NCBI GenBank assembly: GCA_902593075.1
Contig: CACJHA010000001.1
Location: 124 to 64,123, forward strand
Source of the DNA: an uncultured Bacteroidota bacterium
Lineage (GTDB): Bacteria > Bacteroidota > Bacteroidia > Flavobacteriales > Flavobacteriaceae
DNA length: 64,000 nucleotides
Direction of reading: 5' to 3'
The notes beneath the pieces are model-generated. The model ran no database searches, was not told where the DNA came from, and saw only the letters and a list, made by a program, of their open reading frames with translations. Positions 7,719 through 17,910 of this stretch are shown piece by piece. The translations under genes and the position numbers were made by a program. Position 1 is the first letter of the stretch, and each line of letters begins with the position of its first letter.

Positions 7719-9122
7719 TTGGAAAAAATAAAATTTAAAACATATCATAAAAAAATACTTTCGGATAAATTGACTCCCGTTAGTATTTATTTGAAGCTTA
7801 GAGATAAGTTTGCAAATAGTTTACTTCTTGAAAGCAGCGATTATGATGTAAATAATAAAAACTTTTCCTACATATGTTGTGATGCTATTGCATCCATTAG
7901 TGTTAAAGATGGAAAAATAACTTATACATATCCAGGCCAAAAAAAGATTACTACAAAAATTAAAAAAAATGAAAGCCTCCCTAATATTATTAAAAACTTT
8001 TCTAAAAAATTTGATTACAAACACAAAAAATACAACTTCATAACTAATGGTCTTTTTGGATATATTGCACACGAAGCTGTATCACATTTTGAAGATTTAG
8101 ATTTAGACAAAAACAAAGACGATTTAGAAATACCAGAATTATATTATGCTGTTTATAAATACATAATTAGTGTAAGTTTATTTAATCATGAGGCGCACAT
8201 TTTTTGTCATTCAACCAATGATAAAAACGATATAGAAATTATTGATAAACTTTTAAAAAAAGATGTACCGACAAATTATAATTTTAGTAAAAAGGGTGAA
8301 AAAATTTCAAATTTCAGTGATAAAGAATTTACTAATCTTGTAAAAAAAGGAAAAAATCATTGTTTTAGGGGAGATGTTTTCCAGATAGTTTTATCAAGAC
8401 GATTTTCTCAAAGGTTTTATGGAGATGAATTTAATGTTTATAGAGCATTAAGGTCAATTAATCCATCTCCATATCTTTTTTTCTTTGATTACGGGAGCTT
8501 TAAAATTTTTGGTAGTTCTCCAGAGGCACAAATAATAATTGAAAATGGAAGAGCAGAAATACACCCAATAGCAGGAACATTCAAAAGAACAGGAAATGAC
8601 GCAAAAGACAGAGAATTGGCAGAGAAGTTGGAAAGGGACCCTAAGGAAAATAGTGAACATGTTATGCTTGTAGACCTGGCTAGAAATGACTTAAGTAGAA
8701 ACGGAAGTGAGGTTACAGTTGAAAAAAACAGACAAGTACAGTTTTTTTCACATGTAATTCATCTTGTATCAAAGGTGACAGGAAAACTAAATCCTTTAAC
8801 TAATAATTTTCAGGTGGTTGCAGATACATTTCCCGCGGGTACTTTGTCAGGTGCTCCAAAACACATGGCTTTAAAACTTATTGATAAATATGAAAATATT
8901 TCAAGAAATTTTTATGGAGGTGCTTTAGGATTTTTTGATTTTGAAGGAAATTTTAATCATTGCATTATTATTAGATCTTTTTTAAGTAAAAATCAGATTA
9001 TTCATTACCAAGCGGGAGCAGGTGTTGTAGCAAAATCGATTCCAAAAAAAGAGTTGGAAGAAGTATATAATAAATTAGGAGCTTTAGAGAAGGCTCTGGA
9101 AATGGCTGAGAAAATAACATGA
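7719..9122 (+). CDS. trpE: Anthranilate synthase component I
   Basis: 467 aa with TTG start. It has chorismate-binding blocks FQIVLSRRF, INPSPYLFF, RNDLSR, GTLSGAPK and GAGVVA. Confidence 0.92.
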   Translation: MEKIKFKTYHKKILSDKLTPVSIYLKLRDKFANSLLLESSDYDVNNKNFSYICCDAIASISVKDGKITYTYPGQKKITTKIKKNESLPNIIKNFSKKFDYKHKKYNFITNGLFGYIAHEAVSHFEDLDLDKNKDDLEIPELYYAVYKYIISVSLFNHEAHIFCHSTNDKNDIEIIDKLLKKDVPTNYNFSKKGEKISNFSDKEFTNLVKKGKNHCFRGDVFQIVLSRRFSQRFYGDEFNVYRALRSINPSPYLFFFDYGSFKIFGSSPEAQIIIENGRAEIHPIAGTFKRTGNDAKDRELAEKLERDPKENSEHVMLVDLARNDLSRNGSEVTVEKNRQVQFFSHVIHLVSKVTGKLNPLTNNFQVVADTFPAGTLSGAPKHMALKLIDKYENISRNFYGGALGFFDFEGNFNHCIIIRSFLSKNQIIHYQAGAGVVAKSIPKKELEEVYNKLGALEKALEMAEKIT

Positions 9123-9682
9123 AAAAAATATTTGTGGTTGATAATTACGATTCTTTCACTTACAACCTAGTTCATATACTTAGGGACTTAAATTGTACTC
9201 TTGAAGTTAAAAGAAATGATTACTTTAATTTAGACGAAATAGATAGTTATGAATACATCCTTTTGTCACCTGGTCCAGGAATCCCAAGAGAATCGGGTTT
9301 ATTAAATGAAGTAATCAAGAAATATCATAAAACTAAAAGTATTTTGGGAGTGTGTCTTGGGATGCAAGCAATAGGCGAAGTTTTTAGTGGTGAAATTGAG
9401 AATTTAAAAAATGTGTATCATGGAGTTGAAACAAACATTAAAATTATTGATCACGAAAAATTATTTCTAGATATTCCAACAAACATAATGGTAGGAAGAT
9501 ATCATTCATGGGTTGTTAAGCATCCCTTACCAATTTGTCTTAAGGCGACATCATTCGATAAGAAAGGTCACCTAATGTCTTTAAGGCACAAAAACTATAA
9601 AGTATATGGGGTTCAATTTCATCCCGAATCAATATTGACGAAATACGGGAAAAAAATTCTTCAAAATTGGATAAATGATTAG
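9119..9682 (+). CDS. trpG: Anthranilate synthase component II (glutamine amidotransferase)
   Basis: 187 aa: DNYDSFTYNLV, the GVCLGMQ catalytic Cys block and GVQFHPES. Confidence 0.92.
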   Translation: MKKIFVVDNYDSFTYNLVHILRDLNCTLEVKRNDYFNLDEIDSYEYILLSPGPGIPRESGLLNEVIKKYHKTKSILGVCLGMQAIGEVFSGEIENLKNVYHGVETNIKIIDHEKLFLDIPTNIMVGRYHSWVVKHPLPICLKATSFDKKGHLMSLRHKNYKVYGVQFHPESILTKYGKKILQNWIND

Positions 9683-10670
9683 TATGAAAAATATTTTAGA
9701 AAAATTAATCGCAAAAGAATACTTGACTGCATCAGAGGCGGAAAAATCTCTTATTGAAATAACTGAAGGAAAACATGATGATATTCTAGTATCTTCTTTT
9801 TTAACCATTTTTATGATGAGAACAGTATCTATAGACGAGTTAAATGGTTTTAGAAATGCTTTACTTAATTTGTGTGTTAAGATAGATTTATCAGATTACG
9901 ATACAATTGATTTGTGCGGTACAGGAGGAGATGATAAAAACACTTTCAATATTTCAACTTTGTCCTCTTTCATTACTGCTGGTTCTGGAATTAAAGTTGC
10001 AAAACATGGCAACTATGGAATTTCTTCTAATTGTGGCTCTAGTAATGTTTTGGAATTTTTGGGAATTAAATTTTCGGATGATGAAAATTTCATAAAAAAT
10101 TGTATCGATAAAGCTGGAATATGTTTTTTACATGCTCCATTGTTTCATCCAGCTATGAAAAATGTTGCTCCTGTTAGAAAAAATCTAGGGATTAAAACTT
10201 TTTTTAATATTTTGGGACCTCTAGTAAATCCAGTTAATCCTAAAAATCAGCTTACTGGTGTTTATAATCTTGAAACTGCAAGATTATATGGCTATTTTTT
10301 CCAAAAAACAAATAAAAACTATACAATTACTTATTCGTTAGATGGCTACGACGAAATTTCTCTAACTGGTCCAACAAAATTGATTCGAAATTCTGGAGAA
10401 TTTATTTTTGAGCCTCATCATTTTGGATACAAAAATGTAAGAAAAGATTCAATCAGTGGAGGAAATAGTGTAGAAGAATCCGCTTTCATTTTTAAATCCA
10501 TATTAGAAGGAAATGGTTCAGAAGAGCAAAATAATGTTGTTTGTGCTAACGCGGCGATGGCAATATCCACATCTAAAAAATTAAATATTGATGAATCTAT
10601 AAAAATAGCTGAGGATTCATTATATAATAAAAAAGCTCTCAAGTCTTTTGAAAAACTAGTTAAAATTTAA
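9675..10670 (+). CDS. trpD: Anthranilate phosphoribosyltransferase
   Basis: 331 aa: DLCGTGGDDKNTFNIST and KHGNYGISSNCGSSNVLE. Confidence 0.92.
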   Translation: MISMKNILEKLIAKEYLTASEAEKSLIEITEGKHDDILVSSFLTIFMMRTVSIDELNGFRNALLNLCVKIDLSDYDTIDLCGTGGDDKNTFNISTLSSFITAGSGIKVAKHGNYGISSNCGSSNVLEFLGIKFSDDENFIKNCIDKAGICFLHAPLFHPAMKNVAPVRKNLGIKTFFNILGPLVNPVNPKNQLTGVYNLETARLYGYFFQKTNKNYTITYSLDGYDEISLTGPTKLIRNSGEFIFEPHHFGYKNVRKDSISGGNSVEESAFIFKSILEGNGSEEQNNVVCANAAMAISTSKKLNIDESIKIAEDSLYNKKALKSFEKLVKI

Positions 10671-10672
10671 AC

Positions 10673-11464
10673 ATGTCTATTTTAAAAAACATTATAATTG
10701 ACATAAGGAAAGAACTGAAACTTAAAAAAAGTATTATTCCTATATCGGAGTATGAAAAAATGTCTCTTTTTAAAAGAAATACAATTTCAATGAGTAATTC
10801 AATTAAAAAGGATAATTTTGGAATTATAGCCGAATTTAAAAGACGTTCTCCATCAAAAAATGAAATTAACAACAAATTATCTGTTCATGAAGTTTGTAGA
10901 AACTATCAAATTTTTGGTGCAAGCGGATTATCAGTATTAACTAATTTAAAGTATTTTGGTGGGAGTTTGGAAGATTTGGTCTTAGCTAGATCTATATCTT
11001 CTTTGCCGATATTAAGAAAGGATTTTATAATAGATGAATATCAAATTTATGAGTCTAAAGCCTATGGAGCTGATATTATTTTACTTATATCTTCAATACT
11101 TACAAGAGATGAAATAGTCAATTTATCAAAAAAAGCAAAAGACTTGAAATTAGAGGTTCTTTTAGAAGTTCATAATAATGATGAACTAAAAAAAGGGTTA
11201 GTTGAAAACGTCGATATTATCGGAGTAAATAATCGAAACCTTAAATCTTTTAGAACTGATTTAAAAATAAGTGAAAAACTTTTCAATCAAATACCCAATG
11301 AATTTTTAAAAATTTCAGAAAGTGGATTAAATAACGATAATTCTATAAAAAAATTAAAGAAAATTGGTTATCAAGGATTTTTGATTGGAGAAAAATTTAT
11401 GATATCCAGTGATCCAGGTAAAGAGTTAAAAAAAACTTTAAAAAATTTAACTTATGAAAATTAA
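10673..11464 (+). CDS. trpC: Indole-3-glycerol phosphate synthase
   Basis: 263 aa: IAEFKRRSPSK, SVLTN..YFGGS, LRKDFIIDEYQI and GVNNRNLK. Confidence 0.9.
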   Translation: MSILKNIIIDIRKELKLKKSIIPISEYEKMSLFKRNTISMSNSIKKDNFGIIAEFKRRSPSKNEINNKLSVHEVCRNYQIFGASGLSVLTNLKYFGGSLEDLVLARSISSLPILRKDFIIDEYQIYESKAYGADIILLISSILTRDEIVNLSKKAKDLKLEVLLEVHNNDELKKGLVENVDIIGVNNRNLKSFRTDLKISEKLFNQIPNEFLKISESGLNNDNSIKKLKKIGYQGFLIGEKFMISSDPGKELKKTLKNLTYEN

Positions 11465-12077
11465 AATTTGTGGATTAAAATTTGAATCAAATATTTTAGA
11501 TCTTTCTAAATTAGAACCTGATTATATGGGTTTTATTTTTTGGGAAAAATCAAAAAGACTTGTTACAGGTTCCTCTCCTAATCTCTCACAAACCAAAATA
11601 AAAAAAACAGGAGTTTTTGTAAATGCTGATTTTGAAAAAATTAAGGATAAGGTTCATGTCCATAAATTGGAGGCTATTCAGCTTCATGGCCAAGAATCTC
11701 CTGAATTTTGTAAAAAAATAAAGAATTTAGGAGTTGAAATTATTAAAACTTTCAGTATAGATGAAAATTTTAATTTTAATATTCTAGAAAAGTATAAATT
11801 ATGTAGTGACTATTTTTTATTTGACACAAAAGGAAAATATCCTGGGGGAAATGGTATTTCGTTTGACTGGGAAATTTTAAGAAACTATAATTACGAAAAA
11901 AAGTTTTTTCTTAGTGGAGGAATAGGTATTGAAAGTATAAATGCCATAAAAAAAATAAAAAATCTTGACCTACCTTTATTCGGCGTTGATATTAACAGCA
12001 AATTTGAAATAAATCCAGGAAAAAAAAATATAGAATTGATTAAATCTTTTAAAAGAAGTTTAGATAATGAAATATAA
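11454..12077 (+). CDS. trpF: Phosphoribosylanthranilate isomerase
   Basis: 207 aa: KICGL, DYMGFIF, IQLHG and the position within the operon. Confidence 0.88.
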   Translation: MKIKICGLKFESNILDLSKLEPDYMGFIFWEKSKRLVTGSSPNLSQTKIKKTGVFVNADFEKIKDKVHVHKLEAIQLHGQESPEFCKKIKNLGVEIIKTFSIDENFNFNILEKYKLCSDYFLFDTKGKYPGGNGISFDWEILRNYNYEKKFFLSGGIGIESINAIKKIKNLDLPLFGVDINSKFEINPGKKNIELIKSFKRSLDNEI

Positions 12078-13248
12078 AGTTGACAAAAAAGGTTTTTATG
12101 GCAATTTTGGAGGAGCATACATACCTGAAATGTTATATCCAAACATAGATGAATTAAAAAGGAATTATCTTAAAATAATTAATTCACAAAACTTTAGAAA
12201 AGATTTTGAAAGATTATTAACCGAATACGTAGGAAGACCTACTCCTCTATACTTTGCTGAAAGACTTTCTAAAAAATACAATACAAAAATTTACTTAAAA
12301 AGAGAGGACCTCTGTCATACTGGAGCTCACAAAATAAACAATACTATTGGACAAATTTTATTAGCCAAAAACTTAAATAAAAAGAGGATTATTGCTGAAA
12401 CAGGAGCTGGACAACATGGAGTTGCTACAGCAACAGTATGTGCATTAATGGGAATTGATTGTGTAATATACATGGGTGAGGTTGATATTAAACGTCAAGC
12501 ACCAAATGTAGCGCGTATGAAAATGCTTGGTGCAAAAGTTAGAGAAGCAAAGTCTGGAAGCAAAACTCTCAAAGATGCAACTAATGAAGCAATGAGAGAT
12601 TGGATTAATAATCCTATAGATACTCATTATATTATTGGTTCTGTAGTAGGTCCACATCCTTATCCAGATATGGTTACTCGTTTACAAGCTGTAATTAGCA
12701 AGGAAGTCAAAACACAACTTTTAGAAAAGGAAGGTAGAGATTATCCAGACTATCTTATTGCATGTGTTGGTGGTGGAAGTAATGCGGCAGGTTTGTATTA
12801 TCATTATTTGAATAATGAAAAAGTGAAAATAATAGCAGTTGAAGCAGCTGGCAAAGGAATTAATTCTGGTGAAAGCGCAGCAACAATTAAATTGGGTAAA
12901 ATTGGAATTATGCATGGTAGTAAAACATTACTTATGCAAAACGACGACGGACAGATAATTGAACCTTATTCAATTTCAGCAGGTTTAGATTATCCTGGGA
13001 TAGGTCCTCTTCATTCTCATTTGTATGAGACAAAAAGAGCAAAATTTGTTTCGGTTAATGATAGTGAGGCGATGGATTGGGGCCTAGCTTTATCTCAGAT
13101 AGAGGGAATTATACCTGCCATTGAAACTGCCCATGCCTTTTCTGTATTGGATACAACAGCTTTCAAAAAAGATGACATACTTGTTTTTAATTGTTCTGGA
13201 AGAGGTGACAAGGATTTAGAAACCTATATTAAATATTTTAAACTTTAA
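12067..13248 (+). CDS. trpB: Tryptophan synthase beta chain
   Basis: 393 aa: GRPTPLYFA, HTGAHKINN (PLP lysine), ETGAGQHGVA and GGGSNA. Confidence 0.95.
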   Translation: MKYKVDKKGFYGNFGGAYIPEMLYPNIDELKRNYLKIINSQNFRKDFERLLTEYVGRPTPLYFAERLSKKYNTKIYLKREDLCHTGAHKINNTIGQILLAKNLNKKRIIAETGAGQHGVATATVCALMGIDCVIYMGEVDIKRQAPNVARMKMLGAKVREAKSGSKTLKDATNEAMRDWINNPIDTHYIIGSVVGPHPYPDMVTRLQAVISKEVKTQLLEKEGRDYPDYLIACVGGGSNAAGLYYHYLNNEKVKIIAVEAAGKGINSGESAATIKLGKIGIMHGSKTLLMQNDDGQIIEPYSISAGLDYPGIGPLHSHLYETKRAKFVSVNDSEAMDWGLALSQIEGIIPAIETAHAFSVLDTTAFKKDDILVFNCSGRGDKDLETYIKYFKL

Positions 13249-14009
13249 TGAATCGAATACAGAAAAAATTAAAAGAAGAAAAAAAAATACTTTCTGTTTA
13301 TTTTACTGCTGGCTTTCCTAGATTGGATGACACAAAAAAAATTATATCGAAACTAGAAAAACATAACGTTGATTTAATTGAAGTAGGGATTCCATTCTCA
13401 GACCCCCTGGCAGACGGTGAAACTATCCAGAAAAGTTCAAAAAAAGCAATAGAAAATGGTATGACAATTCATACACTTTTTTCTCAATTAAAAGATTTAA
13501 GGAAAAAAGTGAAAATTCCAGTCATACTTATGGGATATTTAAATCCGATCATTCAATTTGGAATTGAAAAATTCTGTATGAAATCTAAAGAAATTGGTAT
13601 AGATGGATTAATTATCCCAGACCTACCTGTTGAGATATTTATAGAAGAATACAAAAATCTCTTTATTAAAAATAATTTATTTAATATTTTTTTAATAACC
13701 CCTCAAACATCTGAAGAAAGAATTAAATTGATAGATAAAAATTCAAAAGGTTTTATTTATATGGTTAGCAGCTCTTCAATAACAGGACCGAAGAAGAATT
13801 TAGAAGATACCAGTTTTAAATATTTTGATAAAATTTCAAATATGAATTTAAATAATCCTTCAATAGTTGGATTTGGTATAAGCAATCGTGAGACCTATGA
13901 AAAAGTCGTAGAAAGGAGTAAAGGTGCAATTATAGGATCAGCCTTTATAAATTTTATTGAACAAAATAGTATAGAGGATATAGGAAAATTTATAAAAAAA
14001 TTTAGATGA
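13248..14009 (+). CDS. trpA: Tryptophan synthase alpha chain
   Basis: 253 aa: IEVGIPFSDPLADGETIQ and GFGIS. Confidence 0.92.
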   Translation: MNRIQKKLKEEKKILSVYFTAGFPRLDDTKKIISKLEKHNVDLIEVGIPFSDPLADGETIQKSSKKAIENGMTIHTLFSQLKDLRKKVKIPVILMGYLNPIIQFGIEKFCMKSKEIGIDGLIIPDLPVEIFIEEYKNLFIKNNLFNIFLITPQTSEERIKLIDKNSKGFIYMVSSSSITGPKKNLEDTSFKYFDKISNMNLNNPSIVGFGISNRETYEKVVERSKGAIIGSAFINFIEQNSIEDIGKFIKKFR

Positions 14010-14783
14010 TTACCTTATAAAAACCGGCTGACTAGAATTCTTGGTTTCATTTTCACTGAAAGCATATCCAGCTGAATTAAATCCAAGTATTTGTTTTAAA
14101 TTCTTTGAATTATTATCGATAATATATCTAGCCATAAGTCCCCTTGCCTTTTTTGCATAAAAAGAAATTATTTTTAGTTTTCCATTGCTATAATCCTTAA
14201 AAATTGGACTTATTATTTGAGCGTTTATTTTATTTGAATCTACAGCATTAAAATATTCTTTACTTGCTAAATTCAGCAATATATCATCACTCAATAGTTC
14301 AGAATTAAGGTAATCAGTGACCAAATCAATCCAAAATTCATGAAGGTGGTTTGACCCTCCTAATTTGATTTTCGTTCCCATTTCGAGTCGATAAGGTTGA
14401 ATCAAATCAAGAGGTTTTAAAATCCCATACAATCCAGAAAGTATTCTTAAATTATTTTGCATGGTTTTTATATTTGGGGCTGAAATTGAATAAGCATCAA
14501 AACCAGAATATACATCACCATCAAAAGTATAAATACATGGTCTAAAACTAGAACCAGAGTTTAAATTAGATGGAAGTTTGAAATTTTGATTTCTATTCCA
14601 ATTTAGCTGAGCTAATTTTTCTGAAACACCAAGTAAACTTCCTAAAGAACTTACAGATATTTTTTTAAGTTTAGAAATAATTTCAACCGTTTCTTTAGGA
14701 AAAATTGGATTTGTGAATTCATTAAGAGGTATTTCAGATGTTAAGTTTAGTGACTTTGCAGGTGAAATTAGGATTTTCATCAT
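14010..14783 (-). CDS. yaaA: Peroxide stress protein YaaA (UPF0246/DUF328)
   Basis: 257 aa: MKILISPAKSLN, YTFDGDVY and IISFYAKKARGLMARY. Confidence 0.88.
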   Translation of the reverse strand: MMKILISPAKSLNLTSEIPLNEFTNPIFPKETVEIISKLKKISVSSLGSLLGVSEKLAQLNWNRNQNFKLPSNLNSGSSFRPCIYTFDGDVYSGFDAYSISAPNIKTMQNNLRILSGLYGILKPLDLIQPYRLEMGTKIKLGGSNHLHEFWIDLVTDYLNSELLSDDILLNLASKEYFNAVDSNKINAQIISPIFKDYSNGKLKIISFYAKKARGLMARYIIDNNSKNLKQILGFNSAGYAFSENETKNSSQPVFIR

Positions 14784-14843
14784 TTACTTTTAATTTCAAA
14801 TTTAATAGCTTTTTTTAGAAATCAAACTTCAAAATTTGATTCT

Positions 14844-15869
14844 TTAAAGAAAATTTTTATGCTTCGAATAGATCCTCCATTTTTTTAAAACTTCTGAAAT
14901 ATCTTCTGGTAAATCTGAAGTAAATTTCATTTTTTTTTCATTAATTGGGTGATTAAAACCGATTGTTTTAGCATGGAGTGCCTGCCTGGGCAGAATTTTA
15001 AAGCAATTGTCAACAAACTGTTTGTATTTAGAAAACTTTGTTCCTTTTAAAATAGCATTTCCTCCGTATCGTTCGTCATTAAATAATGTATGTCCAATAT
15101 GTTTCATATGAACACGGATTTGGTGTGTCCTTCCTGTTTCCAAATTACACTCTAGCAAAGTAACATACCCAAACCTTTCAATGACTTTATAATGAGTGAT
15201 TGCATTTTTCCCTATCTCATTTTCAGGATAAGCAAACATTCTTAATCTATTTTTTAAGTCTCTTGATATATTAGCATTTATAGTTCCATTATCTTTTTGT
15301 ACATTACCCCAAACCAACGCTTGATAAGTTCTATCAATAGTTTTTCTATAAAATTGATTAGCCAGACTTTTCATTGCTTTATCACTTTTAGCAACTAAGA
15401 TTAGACCACTTGTATCCTTATCCAAACGATGAACGAGACCAGGTCTCTCGTTTGAATTTAAAGGAAGGGTTTTGAAATGATATAGTAATGCATTTACTAA
15501 TGTTCCTGAGTAATTTCCATGTCCTGGATGAACAACCAATCCTGCTTCTTTATTTATGACTATGAGGTGATCATCTTCAAAGACAACATTTAAGGGTATT
15601 TTTTCAGATTTCAATAAATTTTCGAAAGGAGGATGAGGTAATGTTACTTTAACTATATCTTTTGGTTTAATTTTGTAATTAGGTTTTACAGAAATTTCAT
15701 TAACGAAAATAAAACCCGATTTTGCTGCCATTTGAATTTTATTTCTTGATAAATTTTCAATCCTGTTTATTAAAAACTTATCTACCCTCAGTGGTTTTTG
15801 TCCTGCATCTGCCTCAAAAGTGAAGTGTTCATATAAATTCTCTTCTTCGATAATTCTACTTTTTTCCAT
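14844..15869 (-). CDS. rluD: RluA/RluD-family 23S rRNA pseudouridine synthase
   Basis: 341 aa with an S4 domain and the catalytic HRLDKDTSGL, plus GRTHQIRVH. Confidence 0.88.
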   Translation of the reverse strand: MEKSRIIEEENLYEHFTFEADAGQKPLRVDKFLINRIENLSRNKIQMAAKSGFIFVNEISVKPNYKIKPKDIVKVTLPHPPFENLLKSEKIPLNVVFEDDHLIVINKEAGLVVHPGHGNYSGTLVNALLYHFKTLPLNSNERPGLVHRLDKDTSGLILVAKSDKAMKSLANQFYRKTIDRTYQALVWGNVQKDNGTINANISRDLKNRLRMFAYPENEIGKNAITHYKVIERFGYVTLLECNLETGRTHQIRVHMKHIGHTLFNDERYGGNAILKGTKFSKYKQFVDNCFKILPRQALHAKTIGFNHPINEKKMKFTSDLPEDISEVLKKWRIYSKHKNFL

Positions 15870-16407
15870 TACCTAAAACCAAATCTATTTTTTTTCTTTG
15901 TTGAAGGGTGTGACCTGGTTCAATTTTTTTTCCTTCATGACGTATCTCAAGAACCATATCTTTACCTATATTATCTTTATAAATTAATTCTCCAACTTCA
16001 AATCCAACAGCACTTAATAGAGTTTCAGCGTTTCTGAGTGTAATCTGGATAACATTTGGAACTTTCATTTTTTTATATCCAACTGGATTTAATGTTAAAT
16101 AAATTTTTCTCCCTTTTTTAACTTCCCTATCTTGTTTTGGAAATTGTTCTAAAACAGTCAAAGGCTTGTAATTCGAGTTAAATTTTGCAGAATCTAGAAT
16201 TATAATATTCAAAGATTTATTTTTAGCAGCTTCAGTAGCTTTGGAGATGTTGAGACCAAATAATTTAGGAACTTTAACATAATTGTTATGTTGAGTAACA
16301 AAGCCAAGTCCAAAAAAAATCGTAAAGGCAACAATTAAAGTAAAACAAATAATATAAAATATATTCTTGAAGAAAACCCTGCTAATTATAAACCTAAACA
16401 ATTTCAT
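15856..16407 (-). CDS. PASTA-domain membrane-anchored protein
   Basis: 183 aa with one N-terminal TM segment followed by two PASTA-like repeats (VPKLFGLNISKA..., VPNVIQITLRNAETLL...). Confidence 0.65.
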   Translation of the reverse strand: MKLFRFIISRVFFKNIFYIICFTLIVAFTIFFGLGFVTQHNNYVKVPKLFGLNISKATEAAKNKSLNIIILDSAKFNSNYKPLTVLEQFPKQDREVKKGRKIYLTLNPVGYKKMKVPNVIQITLRNAETLLSAVGFEVGELIYKDNIGKDMVLEIRHEGKKIEPGHTLQQRKKIDLVLGNGKK

Positions 16408-16482
16408 TTCTCAAAACTATAATAATTTAATTAAAGCAAATGAATTCATCAATTCAATTATTACCTTTATTATTATTTAAAG

Positions 16483-17454
16483 ATGAAAGTAATTGGAGTA
16501 GCTTGTGGTGGATACACTTCTGAAAGAGAAATTTCTCTTAATAGTGGGAATCTTATATTTAATTTGATTAAGGGTTCAAAATTTGAATGTTTTAAAATTG
16601 ATGTAAATAAAAATAATTTTACTGTAGTTGATAAATTCGAAAACAATTTTTTATTAAATAAAAAAAACTTCCGATTTTTAAAAAATGATGTTAGCATTTC
16701 ATTCGATTACATTATAAATTTAATTCATGGTAGTCCAGGAGAGGATGGAAAGATTACAAAAAAGTTAGAAGATTTAGGTATTTCTCACTCAACATGCAAT
16801 TCATCAATAGCAGAATTAACATTCAACAAAAAAAAATGTTTAGAACTGGCAAAAAAAATTGGTTTAAAAACTGCTAAAAGTCAATTAATCAAGAAAGGTC
16901 AAGATATTAATGAAAAAGAAATTGGAGATACAATTGGATTTCCGTGTTTTGTAAAACCAAATCAATCAGGCAGTAGTTTTGGAATTAGTAAGGTGTACTT
17001 TCAGAGAGAGCTTAATTCCGCCATTGAAAAAGCCTTAAAAGAAGACAATGAAGTTCTTATAGAATCATATCTAAAAGGAAGAGAAGTCACTGTGGGAGTA
17101 TATAAATTAAATGGAAAAGTTGAAGTTCTTCCAATAACAGAAATTGTAAGTGACAATGATTTTTTTGATTATAAAGCAAAATATGAGGGCGAGTCCGAAG
17201 AAATAACACCTGCCATACTGCCAATAGAATTTGAAAATAAAGTTAAAAATGATGCATTGAATTTATATGCTAAATTAAATTTGAGGGGGATTACAAGAAG
17301 TGAATTCATTTTTAAAAACAATATTCCTTACTTTTTAGAAACAAATACAATTCCAGGAATGACAGAAAAGAGCATAATACCACAACAATTTAAAGCTGCA
17401 AATAAAAACTTAAAAAAAATTATTTTAGCTATGATAAATGAAGGATTAAAATGA
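16483..17454 (+). CDS. ddl: D-alanine--D-alanine ligase
   Basis: 323 aa: GGYTSEREISL, HGSPGEDG, FVKPNQSGSSFGI and LETNTIPGMT. Confidence 0.92.
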   Translation: MKVIGVACGGYTSEREISLNSGNLIFNLIKGSKFECFKIDVNKNNFTVVDKFENNFLLNKKNFRFLKNDVSISFDYIINLIHGSPGEDGKITKKLEDLGISHSTCNSSIAELTFNKKKCLELAKKIGLKTAKSQLIKKGQDINEKEIGDTIGFPCFVKPNQSGSSFGISKVYFQRELNSAIEKALKEDNEVLIESYLKGREVTVGVYKLNGKVEVLPITEIVSDNDFFDYKAKYEGESEEITPAILPIEFENKVKNDALNLYAKLNLRGITRSEFIFKNNIPYFLETNTIPGMTEKSIIPQQFKAANKNLKKIILAMINEGLK

Positions 17455-17903
17455 AAAAAGCTATTTTCCCTGGGTCATTCGATCCTTTTACAGTTGGCCA
17501 TAAAGATGTTTTAGACCAAGCATTAAACATTTTTGACGAAATAATTATTGCTGTTGGAGAAAACCCATCAAAGTCATGCATGTTCAGTTTAAGTGATAGG
17601 ATAAGTTTTATTGAAAAATCATTAGAAACTAATTCAAAAATTTCAATAGAGTCTTATTCAAATTTAACAATAAACTTCTGTGAATCAAAAGATGTAAAAT
17701 TTTTAATTCGTGGACTAAGAAATATAAATGATTTTGTGTTTGAAAAAGATTCTAAGGATATGCAAGAGACTTTTTCGAATGTAAAATATGTATATTTCAT
17801 ATCGGGTCAAAATTTTTCTTATGTTAGTAGCACTTTAGTTAGGGATATTATAAATTATGGTGGGCAATATGACCATTTATTACCTTTTAAATTAAAAAGC
17901 TAA
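17451..17903 (+). CDS. coaD: Pantetheine-phosphate adenylyltransferase
   Basis: 150 aa: FPGSFDPFTVGH, IRGLRN and SSTLVRD. Confidence 0.92.
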   Translation: MKKAIFPGSFDPFTVGHKDVLDQALNIFDEIIIAVGENPSKSCMFSLSDRISFIEKSLETNSKISIESYSNLTINFCESKDVKFLIRGLRNINDFVFEKDSKDMQETFSNVKYVYFISGQNFSYVSSTLVRDIINYGGQYDHLLPFKLKS

Positions 17904-17910
17904 TTTTTTA

